Under the pieces are notes generated by a model. The model searched no databases. It was not told the origin of the DNA and saw only the letters and a list, made by a program, of their open reading frames with translations. From Candidatus Izemoplasmatales bacterium (lineage in GTDB: Bacteria > Bacillota_I > Bacilli_A > Izemoplasmatales > Hujiaoplasmataceae): DNA of 64,000 bases. The first letter of the stretch is position 1. Every line of letters begins with the position of its first letter. A program made the translations under genes and the position numbers. The DNA lies in NCBI GenBank assembly GCA_050949045.1, contig JBMNEZ010000001.1:128001-192000 (forward strand). Direction: 5' to 3'. Positions 30,872-40,358 of the stretch are shown here, one piece after another.

Positions 30872-31597
30872 TTAACTTTCCTTTTTTTCCAGTTCTTCTT
30901 TTTTCTCTTTACTTTGTGGGAATATGACTTTGAAGATTGGGAAGAATACCCAGAAGGAGATCGCGGAGTAGATGATCATGGTAATGAAGTCGGCGATCGT
31001 TTCACCGGTTGCGCCCCAACCCCAAATATTCATAAGCAAATTGTAGATCGGTACCGTGTACAACCCTCTGGCGGCCGAGGCAAAGATGGTTATCGCCACA
31101 TAGGCGACAGCGTACCAAAAAGCGGCCTTCCAGGGATTGCCATCGGATTTGAATGTGATGTTTCTTTGGGCAAAGAAGTTGATGACCTGGGCAATTAACA
31201 AAGTGATTTGAACAGCGAGGAAAAAGGCGAGACCGCCACCACCGCCGCTTGCCAGAGTCCCGGCTTTAAAATCAAAGATAAAGTAGTCCGACCCATCAAT
31301 GTTCTTCCCTAGTTGCCAGATTTGGAAATTAATGTTGATAAGATTGGTCTTCGCAAAAATGGCTTTCAGGATCGGCATCAAGATCATCTGTAAAACGGTA
31401 ACGCCGTTACTTAACATGAAAAACACAAGAAATTGAGCTACGTTCGGGAATCTCTTTTTGAACTTTTTCCAGAGATTGACCCACCATTGGACAAAACGGG
31501 ATTGACCTAACTTTCTAAAAAATTCTTTGACTTTACTTGGTTTTTCTTCTTGTGTGACCGGAGCTTCAACTTCGGCCATTTCTTTTTCTTCACTCAT
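30872..31597 (-). CDS. GtrA-like membrane protein
   Basis: 4 hydrophobic helices with the QFLVF...SN and INFFAQRNITFKS pattern typical of GtrA-like proteins; ATGA overlap with the GH3 stop. Confidence 0.6.
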   Translation of the reverse strand: MSEEKEMAEVEAPVTQEEKPSKVKEFFRKLGQSRFVQWWVNLWKKFKKRFPNVAQFLVFFMLSNGVTVLQMILMPILKAIFAKTNLININFQIWQLGKNIDGSDYFIFDFKAGTLASGGGGGLAFFLAVQITLLIAQVINFFAQRNITFKSDGNPWKAAFWYAVAYVAITIFASAARGLYTVPIYNLLMNIWGWGATGETIADFITMIIYSAISFWVFFPIFKVIFPQSKEKKEELEKKES

Positions 31598-34044
31598 GCC
31601 TCTTTCACCTTTCTATTTTTTGTTTTATTTTTCTTTGAACGTTTTTTTCCTTCCGCAAAGAATTTGCCCAAGCCTTTGAAGAAGCGGCCGTTGAACATCA
31701 TGATCAGGCCATCAAGCTGTCCCATGGTGATCATCCCGCCGGACATATGGGCGAGCCCTCGCATTGGCAAATGGAGAACTCCCATTGCCAGAGTATTGGA
31801 CAATGATCTCATTCCAAAGAAACGAAGGAACTTGATCGCAAAGCGGACGCCACCGGAAAAAGCTCTTCCGACCCACCGCTTGGAGTACCTCAACTGTTCA
31901 ACGGTCGTGTTGTATCCAACAACGAGGCGGTTCTTTTTATAAAAATCATATGTTGCCTTCGGCACGGGACGGCCGAGGATGTTTTCGAATTCTTCGCTTG
32001 AGACGTCTTGGATCTTACCTGTCGTATAAAGAGGAATCTTCGATAATGATACCGGCGACTTCAGTTCCGTTCCTGTGACAGAGACCACTTTGCTCAATTT
32101 GATATCTTGGGAGGAGGAGCCTACCATAATATCATAATCCGCAGTCTCGACTTCCCATTGATTGGTGAGCGGATTATAGGTTTCAAAGGCTTCCTTGTCG
32201 AGCTTGATCTTGACTGTCTTGCTTTCTCCTGGGCGGAGTTCGACTTTTGAGAATCCTTTTAGTTCTTTTTGTGGGCGGTAAACTTTTGAGTTCTTCGCGC
32301 GAATATAAACTTGGACAACCTCTTTGCCGGGCATTTTTCCGGTGTTCTTGAGTTTGAAACTCACTTCTTCAAAAGAGGCCGAGAGATCGGAATAAGCAAA
32401 AGAGGTATAGGACAGACCATAGCCGAATGGATATCTGGGTTTGACGCCGGCAGTATCGAAGTAGCGGTAACCGACATATAGGCCTTCGCGGTATTCGGCA
32501 GTCATCTGTTTGCCGGGATAATTTTGGGAAGTGGGCGTATCCTCATATTTGAAGGGAATCGTTTCGGAGAGTTTCCCCGAGGGATTCACCTTTCCGACAA
32601 GGATATTCAGTGCAGCTCTTGCGCCGGCTTGCCCTGCAAGCGAAGTATGGAGGATAGCGTCTGAACGATCCGCAAAATCCATTTCAACGGCACTGCCGCA
32701 AGCTAGGACAACGACAAGTTTCTTGCCGAGGCTGGCGAGTTTGTCGAACAACTCCATCTGATTAAGCGGCAGTTTGAGATTGCTGCGGTCGATTCCTTCG
32801 ACTTCGCTAAATTCGTCAAGACCGATATACAACAAGATTGTGTCTGCTTTCTTGGCAAGTTTGACTGCTTTTCTGATTCGACAGCTGCTTTTTCTGCCAT
32901 AGCGACTATAACCCTGCTCGTAACCAACGTATTGAAGATCATACTCACCAATGGCGTCAACGGCATTGTCCAGCTTTGTCGGATTTACTATCGAAGAGCC
33001 GGCTCCCTGATAACGAGGTTTCTTGGCGAAGTCACCGATGATGGCGACTTTCTCCTGTGACTTAAGCGGGAGAGCGCCCTTGTCATTTTTTAAAAGGACG
33101 ATTGACTCTTCCGCGATCTTCTGCGCTAACAGGTGATTGGCTTCGTTATCAATAACGACCTTGCTTTCCTTGACAGCTTTGCTTGTGTCAAAGATCAAAG
33201 TCAATAGTCTATCAAGGTTCTCGTCAAGCAGCGATTCGGGGATGGTTCCGTTTTTGACAGCCGCGACGATTTCGTCATTTGTCTCTCCGCCTGTGGTTGG
33301 CATTTCCAATTCATTTCCGGCTATCAATCCCTTAACCCGGTCGTTCGATCCGCCCCAGTCGCTGACGACAACTCCCGGGTACTTCCATTCTCCACGAAGG
33401 ATGTCTCGCATAAGGGGGATATTCTCATTGGTATATTCGCCGTTGACTTTGTTGTAAGAGGACATGATGACTTTCGGCTTTCCTTCTTTGATGCCGATTT
33501 CAAACGGTCTGAGGTAGATTTCTCTCAAGGTGCGTTCATCGATGATTGAATCAACGGCCATCCTTCGGAATTCCTGATTGTTGGCGGCGAAGTGTTTCAA
33601 ACAGCCGGAAACACCGGCTGACTGGATTCCTCTGATGTAAGCGGCGGCCATCTTTCCGGCAAGCAGGGGATCTTCGCTGAAATACTCGAAGTTACGTCCG
33701 CAGAGCGGGTTTCTTTTGATGTTGATTCCCGGGCCAAGGACAACGTTGACTTTCTGGCTGACTGCCTCTTTGCCGAGAGAAGTACCCAGCTCCTCACCGA
33801 GTTTTTCATCCCAGCTGTTGGCGACAGTGGCGGAAGTTGGATAGCACGTTGCCGGAATACTGGCATTTAGCCCTAACTGGTCGGCAGCGGCCGCTTGTTT
33901 CCTTAGACCGTGGGGCCCATCCGAAAGAAAAATACTGGGAATTCCGAGTTTCTCCAGATTCATTGTGGTCCAGAAGTCTTTACCCGACATAAAAGAGGCT
34001 TTTTCTTCCAAAGTCATTTTCTGGATGATTGCTTGATTTTTCAT
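31594..34044 (-). CDS. GH3 beta-glucosidase, cytoplasmic, canonical domain order (copy A)
   Basis: [47 protein letters not shown]; start set at ATG 34044 to match copy B (816 aa). Confidence 0.93.
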   Translation of the reverse strand: MKNQAIIQKMTLEEKASFMSGKDFWTTMNLEKLGIPSIFLSDGPHGLRKQAAAADQLGLNASIPATCYPTSATVANSWDEKLGEELGTSLGKEAVSQKVNVVLGPGINIKRNPLCGRNFEYFSEDPLLAGKMAAAYIRGIQSAGVSGCLKHFAANNQEFRRMAVDSIIDERTLREIYLRPFEIGIKEGKPKVIMSSYNKVNGEYTNENIPLMRDILRGEWKYPGVVVSDWGGSNDRVKGLIAGNELEMPTTGGETNDEIVAAVKNGTIPESLLDENLDRLLTLIFDTSKAVKESKVVIDNEANHLLAQKIAEESIVLLKNDKGALPLKSQEKVAIIGDFAKKPRYQGAGSSIVNPTKLDNAVDAIGEYDLQYVGYEQGYSRYGRKSSCRIRKAVKLAKKADTILLYIGLDEFSEVEGIDRSNLKLPLNQMELFDKLASLGKKLVVVLACGSAVEMDFADRSDAILHTSLAGQAGARAALNILVGKVNPSGKLSETIPFKYEDTPTSQNYPGKQMTAEYREGLYVGYRYFDTAGVKPRYPFGYGLSYTSFAYSDLSASFEEVSFKLKNTGKMPGKEVVQVYIRAKNSKVYRPQKELKGFSKVELRPGESKTVKIKLDKEAFETYNPLTNQWEVETADYDIMVGSSSQDIKLSKVVSVTGTELKSPVSLSKIPLYTTGKIQDVSSEEFENILGRPVPKATYDFYKKNRLVVGYNTTVEQLRYSKRWVGRAFSGGVRFAIKFLRFFGMRSLSNTLAMGVLHLPMRGLAHMSGGMITMGQLDGLIMMFNGRFFKGLGKFFAEGKKRSKKNKTKNRKVKEA

Positions 34045-34129
34045 AATTAAGGATCGTCCAATCTGTATGAAATTTTGAAAAACTAGCGACAATGTCTTTA
34101 TTGACTTAAGCGCTAACAACTATATTAAC

Positions 34130-34192
34130 ATTCTATCATATAAATAAGATAGCGCCACGACATTGAGCATATTTTGTTGATATCTAGGCATA
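34130..34192 (-). promoter_or_regulatory. Promoter of GH3 copy A: extended -10 plus candidate LytTR direct repeats
   Basis: Minus strand TATGCCTA (34185-34192) and TATGCTCA (34164-34171) with a 21-bp period; poor -35; TGaTAGAAT at 34130-34138. Confidence 0.5.
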
Positions 34193-34197
34193 CATTG

Positions 34198-35553
34198 TCA
34201 AGTTTCCGCACGAGGAATGGGAATCAAAATGATCAAGCGAAACCAGTTGTTGCTAGTTGTGATTGAGACGTTTCCTCCGTACTTTTCGACGGTGCTTTTG
34301 ATACTTTTGAGCCTGTATCCATGGAAGCGAGTGTCTTTCTTGGTAGTAACGAAATTTCCATGAGAGATTTGAAGCGGATTCAAGTAAAAGTTCTCGAACC
34401 GAATCAACAACAATTCATTTTCTGCATAGGTTGCAATTTTGATCAATCGCTTCTCTTTGTCATCGATTTTGAGGACGCTTTCGATCGCATTGTCAATCGC
34501 ATTTCCGAAGATCGAACAAAGATCCATCGCCGAAATGAAATTTAACAGTTTTCCATCTGCGATACAAGTAACGATGATATTATTATCGAGACAAGTGATC
34601 AGTTTTGATGTCAAGATCGTGTCAAGAACCTCATTCCCAGTCTTATACTGGGCCTCGTAATACTTGATGCTGTTCTCCAAATCTTCTAGATATTTTTTAC
34701 GGATGTCAGCGTCTTTTTCAGTACGGATGGCGATGATTTGGTTCTTCAAATCATGATATTTCTGATTGATGATATTGATACTGTCTTGTGATATGCGATA
34801 TTGCTCGTATTGTTTATACAAGAGGGTTTCCATTGCATTAAGATCCATTTTTGACTTAACATTTAATTTGTGCTCTCTTTGGGAGTAAAGAATCAAGATT
34901 CCGGCGAAATCGACAAGCATGCGGATAATTAAAATTTCAGTAGGGTATCTGCCGGAAAGAGGTGTATTGGAACTAATAAAACTGATATTGCTGATGAGAA
35001 AGATCATGATGCCGATGCTGGCAAAAGATAAAAAATCGTTTCGATTAACCTCAATGGTTATTCCTTTTTTCAAATAGCGAGATTCGATCATCAAGAAAAC
35101 CAGAAAGACAAGTCCATAAATCAAGACTAAAAACAACTCATCAAAAAAAACAAAAGAAATATTGAAAGTCCGAATAGTATAACGATACATATGCCAGTAA
35201 AGAGAGGTAGCGAACTCAGAAATCACGAAAGCAAGAACCGTGATGTATCCCGCGTTGTTAATACTTTGCTTAGTTGTAGTATAGATGAAAAGAAACATTA
35301 ACAGAAAAGCAAAGATCGTTCTCAGAATCCATAGTTTCAGTGGGAAAGTACTTGTCAGCAATTGAAAACCGATCATTGTGATAGCAAAACCGACAATTGT
35401 TAAATACAAAATGACTTTCTTAAGGCGTTTTTTGGCAAGTATGATAAAAATTAAACAAAACAGCCATTCTGCAATTCCGGCATATAATCTGATTCTGGTA
35501 TATAATTCGATTCTGGCAAATAATCCGGGAATAATAAGTAACAATTCGGTCAT
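34198..35553 (-). CDS. Membrane sensor histidine kinase (GHKL, LytTR-associated)
   Basis: About 7 TM segments, YHDLKNQ, FGNAIDNAIE, TTK..HGYRLKSI (Arg where Gly is expected). Confidence 0.88.
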   Translation of the reverse strand: MTELLLIIPGLFARIELYTRIRLYAGIAEWLFCLIFIILAKKRLKKVILYLTIVGFAITMIGFQLLTSTFPLKLWILRTIFAFLLMFLFIYTTTKQSINNAGYITVLAFVISEFATSLYWHMYRYTIRTFNISFVFFDELFLVLIYGLVFLVFLMIESRYLKKGITIEVNRNDFLSFASIGIMIFLISNISFISSNTPLSGRYPTEILIIRMLVDFAGILILYSQREHKLNVKSKMDLNAMETLLYKQYEQYRISQDSINIINQKYHDLKNQIIAIRTEKDADIRKKYLEDLENSIKYYEAQYKTGNEVLDTILTSKLITCLDNNIIVTCIADGKLLNFISAMDLCSIFGNAIDNAIESVLKIDDKEKRLIKIATYAENELLLIRFENFYLNPLQISHGNFVTTKKDTRFHGYRLKSIKSTVEKYGGNVSITTSNNWFRLIILIPIPRAET

Positions 35554-36260
35554 GCTTTGCCTCCAAAATGATTAGCTAAGGCTTCGAGAAATTCCTTTTT
35601 TCTAGGTCTGCTAATCTTGAGTTCGGCATTGTTGACGATCACGAAATCACCTTTGACACCCTTGACTTTATCAAGGTTGACAAGGAAACAGTTGTTACAC
35701 CTGAAAAACTGGCCTTCATTCAACTCCCCTTCAATCTTCTTCAAGGGCATTCTTAATGTGTGATCTCCGTTTTTTTCGTGAACGATTAGATAATGTTTCA
35801 TCGTTTCAACATAAAATATTTCGTTGATGTTGACACGCACAACGCCGTCTTTGGTTGTTAGGAGAAGTGATTTGTCTTTTCGCGATTTAATTTTGGTGAT
35901 TGAGTAACTGATCTCTTGTGAAAAAGCGAAGTAGGGGACCGGTTTCAGCAAGAAACTGTGTGCCTTGACTTCATATCCTTTTATTGCATACTGAGGCATA
36001 TTGGTGATGAAGATGATGATGACTTCTTTGTCAAACTCACGGATTTTCTTAGCGGCCGACATTCCATCAAGGCGTTTCATCTCAATGTCTAAAAGGATGA
36101 TATCGTAATTCGGCTTATAGTAAGTTGCGATCTCATCACCATCTTGAAACTTTGTGATGTCTATGATGACATCATTTTCTTTTTCATACCTTTTGAGCAA
36201 TTTTTCAAGGACATCCATGCATTCGGGATTGTCTTCGACGATTGCGACCTTGATTCTCAT
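35550..36260 (-). CDS. LytTR-family response regulator
   Basis: IVED, LLDIE, LKP; FFRCNNCFLVN; ISRPRKK; GAGGTG RBS. Confidence 0.93.
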   Translation of the reverse strand: MRIKVAIVEDNPECMDVLEKLLKRYEKENDVIIDITKFQDGDEIATYYKPNYDIILLDIEMKRLDGMSAAKKIREFDKEVIIIFITNMPQYAIKGYEVKAHSFLLKPVPYFAFSQEISYSITKIKSRKDKSLLLTTKDGVVRVNINEIFYVETMKHYLIVHEKNGDHTLRMPLKKIEGELNEGQFFRCNNCFLVNLDKVKGVKGDFVIVNNAELKISRPRKKEFLEALANHFGGKA

Positions 36261-36482
36261 TGTTCACCTCTAGACATAAGGAGATCAGTTACTTTTTTCA
36301 ATCGTTATAACAAAATGATGCTAACTATTGAAAAACAAACTCAGATACTGTAAAGGCATTGGTAAGACGCTGTACTCGGTGGGGAAAGACCATGCCGGTA
36401 ATAGAGAGCCCCATTTAGCAGACTTTAATAAAAAAGGGGTAATAAGCAACACCAATAGTTTATTGAATTGCTTTCTAATCAG
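36257..36482 (-). pseudogene. Collapsed vestige of the lgt-family gene
   Basis: 36441-36482 matches lgt 41006-41047 at 40/42 nt; gtggggaaagacca (36379) = 40703-40716; 36257-36382 aligns with the lgt 3' end 40355-40491, including the ATGA overlap with the RR start. Confidence 0.85.
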
Positions 36483-36599
36483 GTAGACCCTATTTTTTGA
36501 CCCTTATGGCTATACATAACAACCGGCTTGTCAAACCGACTATTTTAATATCATATAAATGTAACGAAGCAACTATAGATAACGAATTCGAATAATGGA

Positions 36600-37637
36600 T
36601 TAACCCAGTTTGATACGGCGAGTCAATATTTTATATCCGGCGGTCATTATGATGCCCCTGAGACGCCAGGGCAGCCAATTGACTATCACAGGCATTCCCC
36701 TCCATCTAAGGAAACGGTAGAGATCACGGTCACGATCCTTGACATATTTCCATAATTTAGACAAGGCTTGGCGCCGTTCTTTTCCGTCTTTTGCGACCGT
36801 GAAGAAGATCGTGATCATCATGATGGCCGACAGACAGTGAAGCATATATCTTCTAAGACCTTTCTCCATCTTCATGATTTGGGCATAACTATGTGCGTTG
36901 ATCATTTCCTTCATCACTCTGATTTGCTGGTCATATCGGTTGGTGAAAACACGGATATTGACGGATTGATCCACACGTCCGATGAAGTAGTGATAAAGGT
37001 TGATGTCAAGATAGTAGAGATTCTGCATTTCTGGAAGCGGGGCATAGGAATAGATATTGTCGACATAAAACGTATGGTGAGGCAACTTAAGCCCGCTTTT
37101 GCGCAATTTTTCTGTTTTGTAGGTCAGCGAATGCATCATGATGACCTGGGCGGCATAAAATTTTCCAACTTGTGACCATCTTAAAAAGCAGTTGCTTTTG
37201 AAATGGCGTGAGAAGCGCCTGACAAAAAATTTGCCCTCATTAACTTTGTCATAGACAAAGTTCGTAATGTAGAGGTCTGGCAGTTTCTTTTCCAAAAGGT
37301 GCTCTTTGATTGTCGATAGCAATGTATGAAGTGACGACGTGTCAAGCCAGTCGTCGGAATCGACAACTTTGAAATAGAGTCCGGTCGCATTTTCCAAGCC
37401 GGCATTTACACCAGATCCGTGGCCACCATTGGCTTGGGAGATCACCTTGACGATATTTGGGTATTTTTTTTCATATTGACGGGCAATCTTTTCAGTGCCA
37501 TCGGTCGACCCATCATTAATGATGATGATCTCGACCTCGTCGCCGCCGGGGATCAACGAATCCAAGCAATGTGACAAATAAGCTTCGGAATTATACGCGG
37601 GCACAGCGAATGTAAGAAACTTTTCTTTAGGCGCCAT
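36600..37637 (-). CDS. Glycosyltransferase family 2
   Basis: VPAYN, INDGSTD, NGGHG, VDSDD, YVDN, YFIGR..QS. Confidence 0.92.
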   Translation of the reverse strand: MAPKEKFLTFAVPAYNSEAYLSHCLDSLIPGGDEVEIIIINDGSTDGTEKIARQYEKKYPNIVKVISQANGGHGSGVNAGLENATGLYFKVVDSDDWLDTSSLHTLLSTIKEHLLEKKLPDLYITNFVYDKVNEGKFFVRRFSRHFKSNCFLRWSQVGKFYAAQVIMMHSLTYKTEKLRKSGLKLPHHTFYVDNIYSYAPLPEMQNLYYLDINLYHYFIGRVDQSVNIRVFTNRYDQQIRVMKEMINAHSYAQIMKMEKGLRRYMLHCLSAIMMITIFFTVAKDGKERRQALSKLWKYVKDRDRDLYRFLRWRGMPVIVNWLPWRLRGIIMTAGYKILTRRIKLG

Positions 37638-37640
37638 TGA

Positions 37641-37676
37641 CTAATCTTCCTTTTCGGTCATTTTTTCTTTACTCAT
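37641..37676 (-). pseudogene. 11-codon vestige of the GtrA-like gene (in-frame N-/C-terminal fusion)
   Basis: ATG AGT AAA GAA AAA ATG ACC GAA AAG GAA GAT TAG = MSKEKMTEKED*; the intact gene starts MSEEKEMAE, ends EKKES* and has the same ATGA overlap with GH3. Confidence 0.7.
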
Positions 37677-40123
37677 ACACTTGTCGCTTGAGTTTTCTTT
37701 GCTTTATTTTTCTTTGAACGTTTTCTTCCTTCCGCAAAGAATTTGCCCAAGCCTTTGAAGAAGCGGCCGTTGAACATCATGATCAGGCCATCAAGCTGTC
37801 CCATGGTGATCATCCCGCCGGACATATGGGCAAGCCCTCGCATTGGCAGATGGAGAACTCCCATTGCCAGAGTGTTGGATAATGATCTCATTCCAAAGAA
37901 ACGAAGGAACTTGATCGCGAAGCGGACGCCACCGGAAAAAGCTCTTCCGACCCACCGCTTGGAGTACCTCAACTGTTCAACGGTCGTGTTGTATCCAACA
38001 ACGAGGCGGTTCTTTTTATAAAAATCATATGTTGCCTTCGGCACGGGACGGCCGAGGATGTTTTCGAATTCTTCGCTTGAGACGTCTTGGATCTTACCTG
38101 TCGTATAAAGAGGAATCTTCGATAATGATACCGGCGACTTCAGTTCCGTTCCTGTGACAGAGACCACTTTGCTCAATTTGATATCTTGGGAGGAGGAGCC
38201 TACCATAATATCATAATCCGCAGTCTCGACTTCCCATTGATTGGTGAGCGGATTATAGGTTTCAAAGGCTTCCTTGTCGAGCTTGATCTTGACTGTCTTG
38301 CTTTCTCCTGGGCGGAGTTCGACTTTTGAGAATCCTTTTAGTTCTTTTTGTGGGCGGTAAACTTTTGAGTTCTTCGCGCGAATATAAACTTGGACAACCT
38401 CTTTGCCGGGCATTTTTCCGGTGTTCTTGAGTTTGAAACTCACTTCTTCAAAAGAGGCCGAGAGATCGGAATAAGCAAAAGAGGTATAGGACAGACCATA
38501 GCCGAATGGATATCTGGGTTTGACGCCGGCAGTATCGAAGTAGCGGTAACCGACATATAGGCCTTCGCGGTATTCGGCAGTCATCTGTTTGCCGGGATAA
38601 TTTTGGGAAGTGGGCGTATCCTCATATTTGAAGGGAATCGTTTCGGAGAGTTTCCCCGAGGGATTCACCTTTCCGACAAGGATATTCAGTGCAGCTCTTG
38701 CGCCGGCTTGCCCTGCAAGCGAAGTATGGAGGATAGCGTCTGAACGATCCGCAAAATCCATTTCAACGGCACTGCCGCAAGCTAGGACAACGACAAGTTT
38801 CTTGCCGAGGCTGGCGAGTTTGTCGAACAACTCCATCTGATTAAGCGGCAGTTTGAGATTGCTGCGGTCGATTCCTTCGACTTCGTTAAATTCGTCAAGA
38901 CCGATATACAACAAGATTGTGTCTGCTTTCTTGGCAAGTTTGACTGCTTTTCTGATTCGACAGCTGCTTTTTCTGCCATAGCGACTATAACCCTGCTCGT
39001 AACCAACGTATTGAAGATCATACTCACCAATGGCGTCAACGGCATTGTCCAGCTTTGTCGGATTTACTATTGAAGATCCGGCTCCCTGATAACGAGGTTT
39101 CTTGGCGAAGTCACCGATGATGGCGACTTTCTCCTGTGACTTAAGCGGGAGAGCGCCCTTGTCATTTTTTAAAAGGACGATTGACTCTTCCGCGATCTTC
39201 TGCGCTAACAGGTGATTGGCTTCGTTATCAATAACGACCTTGCTTTCCTTGACAGCTTTGCTTGTGTCAAAGATCAAAGTCAATAGTCTATCAAGGTTCT
39301 CGTCAAGCAGCGATTCGGGGATGGTTCCGTTTTTGACAGCCGCGACGATTTCGTCATTTGTCTCTCCGCCTGTGGTTGGCATTTCCAATTCATTTCCGGC
39401 TATCAATCCCTTAACCCGGTCGTTCGATCCGCCCCAGTCGCTGACGACAACTCCCGGGTACTTCCATTCTCCACGAAGGATGTCTCGCATAAGGGGGATA
39501 TTCTCATTGGTATATTCGCCGTTGACTTTGTTGTAAGAGGACATGATGACTTTCGGCTTTCCTTCTTTGATGCCGATTTCAAACGGTCTGAGGTAGATTT
39601 CTCTCAAGGTGCGTTCATCGATGATTGAATCAACGGCCATCCTTCGGAATTCCTGATTGTTGGCGGCGAAGTGTTTCAAACAGCCGGAAACACCGGCTGA
39701 CTGGATTCCTCTGATGTAAGCGGCGGCCATCTTTCCGGCAAGCAGGGGATCTTCGCTGAAATACTCGAAGTTACGTCCGCAGAGCGGGTTTCTTTTGATG
39801 TTGATTCCCGGGCCAAGGACAACGTTGACTTTCTGGCTGACTGCCTCTTTGCCGAGAGAAGTACCCAGCTCCTCACCGAGTTTTTCATCCCAGCTATTGG
39901 CGACAGTGGCGGAAGTTGGATAGCACGTTGCCGGAATACTGGCATTTAGCCCTAACTGGTCGGCAGCGGCCGCTTGTTTCCTTAGACCGTGGGGCCCATC
40001 CGAAAGAAAAATACTGGGAATTCCGAGTTTCTCCAGATTCATTGTGGTCCAGAAGTCTTTACCTGACATAAAAGAGGCTTTTTCTTCCAAAGTCATTTTC
40101 TGGATGATTGCTTGATTTTTCAT
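37673..40123 (-). CDS. GH3 beta-glucosidase (copy B, near-identical to 31594-34044)
   Basis: Same motifs; offset 6079 bp; GGAGG RBS. Confidence 0.94.
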   Translation of the reverse strand: MKNQAIIQKMTLEEKASFMSGKDFWTTMNLEKLGIPSIFLSDGPHGLRKQAAAADQLGLNASIPATCYPTSATVANSWDEKLGEELGTSLGKEAVSQKVNVVLGPGINIKRNPLCGRNFEYFSEDPLLAGKMAAAYIRGIQSAGVSGCLKHFAANNQEFRRMAVDSIIDERTLREIYLRPFEIGIKEGKPKVIMSSYNKVNGEYTNENIPLMRDILRGEWKYPGVVVSDWGGSNDRVKGLIAGNELEMPTTGGETNDEIVAAVKNGTIPESLLDENLDRLLTLIFDTSKAVKESKVVIDNEANHLLAQKIAEESIVLLKNDKGALPLKSQEKVAIIGDFAKKPRYQGAGSSIVNPTKLDNAVDAIGEYDLQYVGYEQGYSRYGRKSSCRIRKAVKLAKKADTILLYIGLDEFNEVEGIDRSNLKLPLNQMELFDKLASLGKKLVVVLACGSAVEMDFADRSDAILHTSLAGQAGARAALNILVGKVNPSGKLSETIPFKYEDTPTSQNYPGKQMTAEYREGLYVGYRYFDTAGVKPRYPFGYGLSYTSFAYSDLSASFEEVSFKLKNTGKMPGKEVVQVYIRAKNSKVYRPQKELKGFSKVELRPGESKTVKIKLDKEAFETYNPLTNQWEVETADYDIMVGSSSQDIKLSKVVSVTGTELKSPVSLSKIPLYTTGKIQDVSSEEFENILGRPVPKATYDFYKKNRLVVGYNTTVEQLRYSKRWVGRAFSGGVRFAIKFLRFFGMRSLSNTLAMGVLHLPMRGLAHMSGGMITMGQLDGLIMMFNGRFFKGLGKFFAEGRKRSKKNKAKKTQATSV

Positions 40124-40264
40124 AATTAAGGATCCTCCAATTTGTATTAAATTTTAAATAATACCAGCAACTATGTCTTTTAAAGGATTTAGCGCTGACA
40201 TCTATTACTGATATTCTATCATAAATACAAGAATGCATGCCATAATAATAATGAAATTTACTAT

Positions 40265-40358
40265 TGTTAAAATTTTAGCGTATTGATAATAAAGATTAAA
40301 AATGACTTTCTTGTCAATTTCGTGGAATTTCTTCGATGAACACGAAAATGATTCTCAT
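40265..40358 (-). pseudogene. Collapsed vestige of the LytTR response regulator
   Basis: Begins MRIIFVFIE (intact MRIKVAIVE) overlapping the lgt stop as ATGA, then GACAAGAAAGTCATTTTTAATCTTTATTATCAATACG aligns with intact GACAAAGAAGTCATCATCATCTTCATCACCAATATG (DKEVIIIFITNM). Confidence 0.75.
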
